Shown: one piece after another, positions 58,401 through 64,000 of the stretch
Layout: every line of letters begins with the position of its first letter
How positions within the stretch are numbered: position 1 is the stretch's first letter
Origin: Bdellovibrio sp.
GTDB taxonomy: Bacteria; Bdellovibrionota; Bdellovibrionia; Bdellovibrionales; Bdellovibrionaceae
Direction of reading: 5' to 3'
Assembly: GCA_036677065.1 (NCBI GenBank)
Contig: JAKFBS010000011.1
Coordinates: 1 to 64,000, forward strand
DNA length: 64,000 nucleotides
Position numbers and translations under genes: made by a program
Notes under the pieces: generated by a model
Seen by the model: only the letters and a program-made list of their open reading frames with translations
What the model was told of the DNA's origin: nothing
The model's database searches: none

Positions 58401-59414
58401 TGAAATTGAATTCAATAATCCATTTACACCATGCTCAAATGAATATACTAAAGCACCTAACCAAAAAGTTTTAGTTTGAAGATGTTTACCACTTAACGAA
58501 TCAAAAATATAAATAAGCGATCTATCAGAATCGATCACTCGCAATTGATTATTAGCCAATAGTTCTGCTTTTGCTGTTAAACTTGAACCATCCCCTCTTA
58601 ACACTTGTTTGCGATTTAAATCATAGAAGTGGTAAATAGTCGGAAGCCAAAGTCCAAATCCTAAATACTTCGCTTGCAAGCTCCCCATCGGAACTTGGAA
58701 AGATGTTGCAACTCCTGTTGGAAATTGCTTAACAAAAACCTCGGCTGCAATAGACCCGATGTTTTGACTTCCATTTACTTTTCCATTCCAAACATATTGA
58801 GAACTAAGATTCGTAGAAATTGGAAGAGCTTTATTCTCAACCATTTCGCCGTTTATTTTAATCGCGTATTTAACTTGAGTAGCACCAGCATCAAGTTTAT
58901 CTGAAGTCAGCGGAATTCTTAGAGTGTAATCACCAATTCTTCCAGAAACCTTATTCGTAAAATAAGCTAATGAAAAATTAGTACCGACGATTCGCACTTC
59001 TTCCCCAAGCACTTGGTTATCTGTAAAAATAATTGAGCCTGTTTTACATGAAGGTTTATCAACAGAAGGTTTTGTAATCGTTACCGGAGTTGGATCATAT
59101 TTCGGTGACGTCGGTGGTTGTGGTGTTGGCGTCGGGGTTGGAGGAGTTGGCGTTGGAGTTGGAGCTCCACCATCGCAGTAAGCTGTGGCTCTTCCTACAT
59201 CTACAGCTCCCTGCCAACTAATAGTACATTCAGATTCAAATCCCCCCTCAAAATAGCGGACGACTTTAAATTCTCTCTTCATATCTGGAGGACCACTTAT
59301 TTCAAGACATTGCTTTTTATGACGTTCGATCTCGTCCTTACAAGAAACTGCTTGAGCTTGAGAATTGAAAGCTAAAACTACAATTAACAATAACGAACGA
59401 AAAATAGAATTCAT
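55464..59414 (-). CDS. Sec-exported RHS/YD-repeat (teneurin-like) protein with C-terminal HExxH toxin domain
   Basis: Signal peptide MNSIFRSLLLIVVLAFNSQAQA, YD repeats, core PFGFAGGLYD...ARWYDPEIGRWISKDPIG...NLYSYVGGDPISYVDPTG, then a 120-aa tip with HEGLH. Confidence 0.92.
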   Translation of the reverse strand: MNSIFRSLLLIVVLAFNSQAQAVSCKDEIERHKKQCLEISGPPDMKREFKVVRYFEGGFESECTISWQGAVDVGRATAYCDGGAPTPTPTPPTPTPTPQPPTSPKYDPTPVTITKPSVDKPSCKTGSIIFTDNQVLGEEVRIVGTNFSLAYFTNKVSGRIGDYTLRIPLTSDKLDAGATQVKYAIKINGEMVENKALPISTNLSSQYVWNGKVNGSQNIGSIAAEVFVKQFPTGVATSFQVPMGSLQAKYLGFGLWLPTIYHFYDLNRKQVLRGDGSSLTAKAELLANNQLRVIDSDRSLIYIFDSLSGKHLQTKTFWLGALVYSFEHGVNGLLNSISDAFGKRTLFNRNAEGDLVSITAPGGQVTQITLNNFKFISAIKNPAGQTYSVTYHNELGLLKTFRKPQGQVSSFSYDNLGNLIYDAHSGGYSINLEKNVAPGKPTQINSKSPMGRITNYTTDNQTYKNADGKDEVYYYKRVLNPYQTVVQSWAAESELSERKNGIDYSTYYTPDLRFKDFARTVTRNVASGTTLNTKAKTLENFELNDPTNPFSIKNYSSKLTDAFGENTVTSYNGEKRIFTTQTADGINFKSQIDEFERVVAFQWGSYVPTTFLYKQDKLVRISQGNRIIENIYDPLTNLLTSTRDVLGQSTDYTYTKTGKLDSIQYPDGRKVIYNYDENDKLIAITPANKQKHNFSFNALELPISYSPPMLEGEESTPTNYSYNVDKQLTAITFPDGSMNIFNYHQANGTLESIVTPEGTYNYRFNSKFGIYDGIKTPTTLASYLYPLEGGFLNQDVLEKENAVVGAYMAFPNSLGRLVEDVVVNGVKGSPRIIFKYNYGPAGKISRIGNEDILYASDSGQISETKVFEGENTARDEFSYNQLGELNSYVLKYHNKAVLVDPALYSYKLIRDELGRIVKKIESINNVEVTYDYAYDLGGKLIEAQTNGTIASRYVYDANGNRVGGNVSTQSIKSVFDSQDRLSAYNTQNYKYNLKGDLVSKKNSITNQETSYVFNSLGQLAAVKLGSTAISYEYDGLRRRAQNFVNGVLQSTYIYQGPLRLTGVLDAEGNVLQRFGYASKSHAPDFMIMKGMVYRIVTDHLGSVRLVVRISDGTIMQEMLHDEFGRILKNTNPGFQPFGFAGGLYDHHTNLVHFGARWYDPEIGRWISKDPIGFSGGDTNLYSYVGGDPISYVDPTGLTQEDIDNAIEFVKNFIPELNSVKFGTFEHPNDVGETSVLRNQILLNTKYLGKLNNEQMVDLLDTVYHEGLHYKAGKVGAVRSVWDAIFNKNAFHSRITLDANQFSQDYGDRFLKCVGRK

Positions 59415-59500
59415 ATGGGCTCCCTCAGAACCCAACGGTATAAATAAATATTAATTTATAAGCAACAGAATTTATCGAAGCCCGAAATCAGGCATCTTCT

Positions 59501-60154
59501 TCATTTCTTAACAACCAGAAGAAGTCCCTCTTCAGTCGGCACAAACGACGCAGAAAAATTCGCATCCGCGAAAATATCCTTCGTCATCTCTTTCACCGTC
59601 TGAACTTGTTTATCGCTGAACTTCTGTTTTGACAGATCTCCCCAGACACTTCCTGCTAAAAACACATTGTCGATGAGGATCATTCCACCTGATCGGATAT
59701 TGTTTTTTGCCCACAGCCAGTAATCTTTATAGGCCGCTTTATTACCGTCGATGAAGATCGCATCAAACGGCCCTTGGCTTGATAGCTTAGGCAGCTCTTC
59801 ACGAGCATCACCGGCCACTATCATGCATTGGCCGCGGTCGATCCAGGGCTTTAAAGCTTGGCTTGCAAGCGCTATATGTTCAGTAGACTTTTCTAATGTG
59901 TAAATGATGCCATCTTGTTGTAATGATTGAAGAAAGTACTGACAAGATAGGCCTGTAAGGGTGCCGATTTCTACTACTTTTTTCGGTTTAATTAGGCCCA
60001 CTAAAAACCCCATTAAATGGGCTTCGGTATGAGAAACAGAAATCCCACCTAAACCCAATTGATCTGCGAATTTGCGTGAAAGCTGCATGTGTTCGTTTTC
60101 AAGTTGATAACAATTTTCAATGTAGGTGTACGAGGGCTGGATTGAATTTCTCAT
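59501..60154 (-). CDS. Class I SAM-dependent O-methyltransferase (caffeoyl-CoA OMT-like)
   Basis: VEIGTLTG, FDAIFIDGNK, IDNV. Confidence 0.9.
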   Translation of the reverse strand: MRNSIQPSYTYIENCYQLENEHMQLSRKFADQLGLGGISVSHTEAHLMGFLVGLIKPKKVVEIGTLTGLSCQYFLQSLQQDGIIYTLEKSTEHIALASQALKPWIDRGQCMIVAGDAREELPKLSSQGPFDAIFIDGNKAAYKDYWLWAKNNIRSGGMILIDNVFLAGSVWGDLSKQKFSDKQVQTVKEMTKDIFADANFSASFVPTEEGLLLVVKK

Positions 60155-60225
60155 GCTTATTGTTTACGTCGAAAAAATTGGATTTTCAATTGCTGATCAT
60201 TAGGCAAACCATTATAACTGACTGC

Positions 60226-61218
60226 ATGTCTGAAACATTACTAGAAGTTACAAATTTACGTACTCGTTATAAAACTGATGATGGCAATATCTTTCCGGTA
60301 GATGACATCTCTTTTCGTGTGAAAAAGGGTCAAACTCTAGGCATCGTGGGCGAATCAGGTTGTGGCAAATCACAAACTGCGCTTTCAATTATGCGCCTTA
60401 TTCAAAAACCAGGTGAGATCGTTTCTGGCGATGTGGTTTTTAAAGGCGAAAGCTTATTGAAAAAAACTGAAGATCAAATGCGTGAGATTTTAGGTAATCA
60501 AATGGCGATGATTTTTCAAGAGCCAATGACTTCGTTAAATCCGGTTTACACGATCGGTGATCAAATCGAAGAAAGCATTCGTCTTCACCAAAAAGGTTTA
60601 ACTAATTTAGAAATTAAAAATAAAGCGATCGATATGTTAAAGCTTGTGGGTATTCCTGCAGCTGACAAACGTTACCATGAGTATCCGCACCAGTTATCAG
60701 GCGGTATGCGCCAACGTGTGATGATCGCGATGGCAATGAGCTGTACACCGCAATTATTAATCGCGGATGAACCAACGACAGCACTTGATGTAACTATCCA
60801 AGCGCAGATCTTAGATCTAATGCGCAAAGTACAAAAAGAATTTCAAGCCGGTATGATTTTGATTACGCATGATCTAGGCGTAGTGGCTGAAATGTGCCAA
60901 GACGTTATTGTTATGTACGCTGGTAAAATTGTTGAGTACGGCACTGTAGAAGATATTTTCTACCGCCCGAAACATCCATACACTAAAGGTTTACTTGATT
61001 CTATTCCGCACTTTGAAACTGGCTCGCGCATGAAACAGTTAAATACAATTCCAGGCTTAGTTCCAAGCTTATACAGCCTACCTGTAGGTTGCCGTTTTCA
61101 AGAGCGTTGCAAATTCGTGCAAGAAAACTGTCGTCGTGCAGAACCTAATTTAGAAAACTTACGTGGCATTCATAAGGTCGCTTGTTATCATCCAGTTCAA
61201 TCAGAAGGAAATAACTAA
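60226..61218 (+). CDS. oppD: Oligo/dipeptide ABC transporter ATP-binding subunit (OppD/DppD)
   Basis: [35 protein letters not shown]-terminal CRFQERC Fe-S motif; real start MSETLL at 60226. Confidence 0.92.
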   Translation: MSETLLEVTNLRTRYKTDDGNIFPVDDISFRVKKGQTLGIVGESGCGKSQTALSIMRLIQKPGEIVSGDVVFKGESLLKKTEDQMREILGNQMAMIFQEPMTSLNPVYTIGDQIEESIRLHQKGLTNLEIKNKAIDMLKLVGIPAADKRYHEYPHQLSGGMRQRVMIAMAMSCTPQLLIADEPTTALDVTIQAQILDLMRKVQKEFQAGMILITHDLGVVAEMCQDVIVMYAGKIVEYGTVEDIFYRPKHPYTKGLLDSIPHFETGSRMKQLNTIPGLVPSLYSLPVGCRFQERCKFVQENCRRAEPNLENLRGIHKVACYHPVQSEGNN

Positions 61219-61220
61219 TC

Positions 61221-62192
61221 ATGGCACAACAACCACTTCTTACCGTTGATAATGTTGTAAAACACTTTCCGATTCATGGCGGATTATTTTCTCGTCAAAT
61301 CGCCGCTGTTAAGGCCGTACAAAATATTTCATTTACTTTAAACAAAGGTGAAACGCTTGGCCTAGTTGGCGAATCAGGTTGTGGTAAATCTACACTTGGT
61401 CGTTGTTTGATTCGTTTAATCGAACCAACTTCTGGAAAAATTATTTTCAACGGCGAAGACATCACGCATGTTGATTCAAACCGTATGCGCGATTTACGTC
61501 GTAAAATGCAAATCATCTTCCAAGATCCGTATGCTTCTTTAAATCCGCGCATGACGATCGGTGCGATTTTAGAAGAGCCTTTAGTTATTCATAATCTTTA
61601 CCCGAATGAAAAAGAGCGCCAAGAACGCGTGCAAGAATTAGTTAAACTTGTTGGTCTTCGCCCTGAACATTTATCACGCTACCCGCATGAGTTTTCAGGC
61701 GGACAACGTCAACGTGTGGGTATTGCCCGTGCGTTAGCGGTAAATCCAGAAATCATCATCTGTGATGAACCGGTTTCTGCCTTAGACGTTTCTATCCAAG
61801 CGCAAGTGATTAACTTGCTAATGGAACTTCAGCAAAAACTGGGTTTAACTTATATCTTCATCGCCCATGACTTAAAAGTTGTTGAGCACGTTTCAACAAA
61901 AGTGGCGGTGATGTACTTAGGTCAAATCGTTGAGATGGCTGAAGCTGATGAACTTTATAAAAATCCGCAACATCCTTACACAAAAGCGTTGCTGTCAGCC
62001 ATTCCGGTACCAGACCCTAAACCACGCCCAGAGCGCATTATCCTTACAGGGGATGTGCCATCGCCAATCGCGCCGCCTCCAGGTTGTTATTTTAACCCAC
62101 GCTGCCCGATGGCTACTGCAGAATGTACGATGACAAAACCTGAGTTAGTTGAAAAATCACCGGGCCACTTTGTAAGTTGTTTAAAGGTTTAA
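61221..62192 (+). CDS. oppF: Oligo/dipeptide ABC transporter ATP-binding subunit (OppF/DppF)
   Basis: [44 protein letters not shown]. Confidence 0.92.
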   Translation: MAQQPLLTVDNVVKHFPIHGGLFSRQIAAVKAVQNISFTLNKGETLGLVGESGCGKSTLGRCLIRLIEPTSGKIIFNGEDITHVDSNRMRDLRRKMQIIFQDPYASLNPRMTIGAILEEPLVIHNLYPNEKERQERVQELVKLVGLRPEHLSRYPHEFSGGQRQRVGIARALAVNPEIIICDEPVSALDVSIQAQVINLLMELQQKLGLTYIFIAHDLKVVEHVSTKVAVMYLGQIVEMAEADELYKNPQHPYTKALLSAIPVPDPKPRPERIILTGDVPSPIAPPPGCYFNPRCPMATAECTMTKPELVEKSPGHFVSCLKV

Positions 62193-62193
62193 G

Positions 62194-62469
62194 ATGAAAT
62201 TATTTTTATCGCTTATTACGTTAGTTAGTTTTATTTCAAACGCCCAAGCTGAAGAGACTTTGGTTGAAAAAGCAGAAGCTACAGCTAAATCTGTAGTTCG
62301 TGAAGTTAAAAAAGGCGCTAACCGCGCCGAAGAAATGGCTTGCGGTAAATTAACAGGTGATAGCAAGGCAACTTGTCTTGCTAAAAAAGCTAAAAACCGT
62401 GTTACTGAAACGACAGACACCGTTGTCGATAAAGCTGACGAAATCAAAAAATCAGTCGATTCTAAATAG
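62194..62469 (+). CDS. Small secreted helical protein with two Cys
   Basis: Signal peptide (AQA), Lys/Glu/Ala-rich. Confidence 0.7.
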   Translation: MKLFLSLITLVSFISNAQAEETLVEKAEATAKSVVREVKKGANRAEEMACGKLTGDSKATCLAKKAKNRVTETTDTVVDKADEIKKSVDSK

Positions 62470-62477
62470 TTTTTTGC

Positions 62478-62502
62478 GTGGTCACTGTCTCATAGTGACC
62501 AC
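62478..62502 (+). terminator. Stem-loop after the oppDF-small protein operon
   Basis: GTGGTCACT-N7-AGTGACCAC perfect inverted repeat followed by TGTCTTATCTT. Confidence 0.55.
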
Positions 62503-62599
62503 TGTCTTATCTTAATTTGAGAATATTAAACTATACGTGGTTTTCACGTTTTCTGCTCTGATATCCTATAGGTAGCTATCTTTTCTTAAGGGAGTACTT

Positions 62600-63730
62600 A
62601 TGGGACGTCTTGCCTGGAATTTTCAGCTTTCGTTTTTATTAATTTTTTTATTGGCGATGAATGTTAATGCTGGTGGTGCCATCGCCGGTAAAGTCACAAT
62701 TCTAAAAGGCAAAGTTTTTTTCGAACGCGGCGGACAAAAAATCCAAATTAAAAAAGACGATACGGTTTTAGAATCAGACACCATCGAAGCTGAAGTGGGA
62801 ACTGCGCGCATTACGATGATTGATTCTAACTTAATCGATATTTACCCGAAGACAAAAATTACAATCTCAAAATATGTTTACAAGCCAAATCAAGATCAAA
62901 AAGAAGTCGATTTAAAAATCGATTTTGGTAAAATCAAATCCACTGTTATTCAAAAATATGATGGCGCTAAAAGTAAGTTTCAAATCAAAACTCCTGCAGC
63001 TGTTGCCGGTGTACGCGGAACAGTATTTACTGCTGAATATGATAACATTAAAAAAGTTGCTAAAATTGTAACGATTGAAGGTTTAGTTGCCGTTGCTAAA
63101 TTACTTGAAGACAACAAACAATCGGCGCCAGTGTTTGTACGCCCTGATCAAGTGGTCAAAGTTGATGCCGAGCAAACCAACTCTGAACAGCCCCGTGATC
63201 TAACGCCCGAAGAGCACGATAGCCGCAAAAAAGAAGATAAAGATTTAGGTTATCAGTATGATCCAAAAAATGAAGCAACACCGCCGACACCGCCAAGCGC
63301 TAACAATCCACCACCACAGCCACCGGCAGGCGGTCCTGCGCAAGGACAACCGAATCAACCACCAGTCACTGCTGGCGACACGCAAAGCAATCCACCAGCT
63401 ACGACCGAAACTGCAAATCGCGGCGCAAATCCAGAGCCACCCAAAGAGCCCGTTAAACAAATCAAAGAATCTGTGACTTCAACTGTGAAGCATTCAAGTG
63501 ATCGCCAGCAACAGCAACAACAGCAGCTAGCACAACGTCGCCAAAAACAGCTCGAAGACGAGCAAGCCAGAAAACAGAAACAGTTAGAAGAAGAAATGAG
63601 AAAACGTCAGCAATTAGAAGCGCAAAGAGCCGAGGCCGCCCGACGTCTGGCAGAAACTACGATTATCAATAGACCCCCGGCGACCACCGTGCCATCGACT
63701 CCAAGCCCGGGCGCGAATTCTCCGTATTAG
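62600..63730 (+). CDS. FecR-domain secreted protein with Pro/Gln-rich disordered C-terminus
   Basis: Signal peptide; GKVTILKG...FQIKTPAAVAGVRGTVF...IEGLVAV FecR-like motifs; Pro-rich and poly-Q tail. Confidence 0.85.
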   Translation: MGRLAWNFQLSFLLIFLLAMNVNAGGAIAGKVTILKGKVFFERGGQKIQIKKDDTVLESDTIEAEVGTARITMIDSNLIDIYPKTKITISKYVYKPNQDQKEVDLKIDFGKIKSTVIQKYDGAKSKFQIKTPAAVAGVRGTVFTAEYDNIKKVAKIVTIEGLVAVAKLLEDNKQSAPVFVRPDQVVKVDAEQTNSEQPRDLTPEEHDSRKKEDKDLGYQYDPKNEATPPTPPSANNPPPQPPAGGPAQGQPNQPPVTAGDTQSNPPATTETANRGANPEPPKEPVKQIKESVTSTVKHSSDRQQQQQQQLAQRRQKQLEDEQARKQKQLEEEMRKRQQLEAQRAEAARRLAETTIINRPPATTVPSTPSPGANSPY

Positions 63731-63888
63731 CGTAATTGGTTGATACTAAATAAATTTTAATTCAATAGTTTGCTTTTATTGTCGAACAATAAATCACCTC
63801 GCATCTTAATTTGAGAATGTTAAAGAATACATGGTTTTCGCATTTTTCCCGCTGCTATCCTGTAGGTAGATATTTAACGGGGAGATCT

Positions 63889-64000
63889 ATGGCACGTCTT
63901 TTGGGAAAGTTACGACTTTCATTCTTAACAGTTTTTTTACTAGTCTTTAACGCAAATGCAGCTGGCACGATTGCTGGCAAAGTTACGATTTTGAAAGGCC
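63889..64000 (+). CDS. Paralogous FecR-domain protein, 5' fragment (runs off window)
   Basis: SD GGGGAG; MARLLGKLRLSFLTVFLLVFNANAAGTIAGKVTILKG parallels the N-terminus of 62600..63730. Confidence 0.8.
   Translation, partial: MARLLGKLRLSFLTVFLLVFNANAAGTIAGKVTILKG

Noticed and set aside
11413..63476. Remaining short ORFs overlapping larger genes on the opposite strand or in another frame (e.g. 11413, 16516, 30838, 42991, 51669, 63258)
   Set aside because: Nested in well-supported CDSs, and lacking SD sites and recognisable motifs.

Overview
Chromosomal window from a predatory Bdellovibrionota-type bacterium (most likely Bdellovibrionaceae), inferred from a giant fibre adhesin, tandem short flagellins, and many Sec/lipoprotein hypotheticals. 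Bases 1-10719 carry one minus-strand ORF of more than 3570 aa that is missing from the ORF track because it runs off the left edge. It is a repeat-built, phage-tail-fibre-like adhesin with a signal peptide, translationally coupled to an upstream lipoprotein. The rest holds envelope and predation candidates (TPR lipoprotein, LysM/beta-barrel protein, lysozyme-like lipoprotein, metzincin, M23 peptidase, TolC, FadL-like porin, TonB) and signalling genes (PilZ, three histidine kinases, a response regulator, a PP2C phosphatase). It also holds two flagellins with a sigma-28 promoter, CsrA-type leaders and a structured intergenic RNA, a BrnT/BrnA toxin-antitoxin pair, housekeeping genes (two thiolases, aceE, peptide ABC ATPases), a Sec-exported teneurin-like Rhs toxin, and duplicated FecR-domain genes. 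The best candidate for an undescribed system is 26028-28845. There a heme-oxygenase-like diiron enzyme and a LuxI/FeeM-like GNAT synthase converge on an XRE regulator and a stand-alone PAS-like protein, which suggests a small-molecule synthesis-and-sensing (quorum-sensing-like) cassette. No rRNA, tRNA, CRISPR array or transposase was recognised. All family calls come from motif reading by eye, not from database searches.
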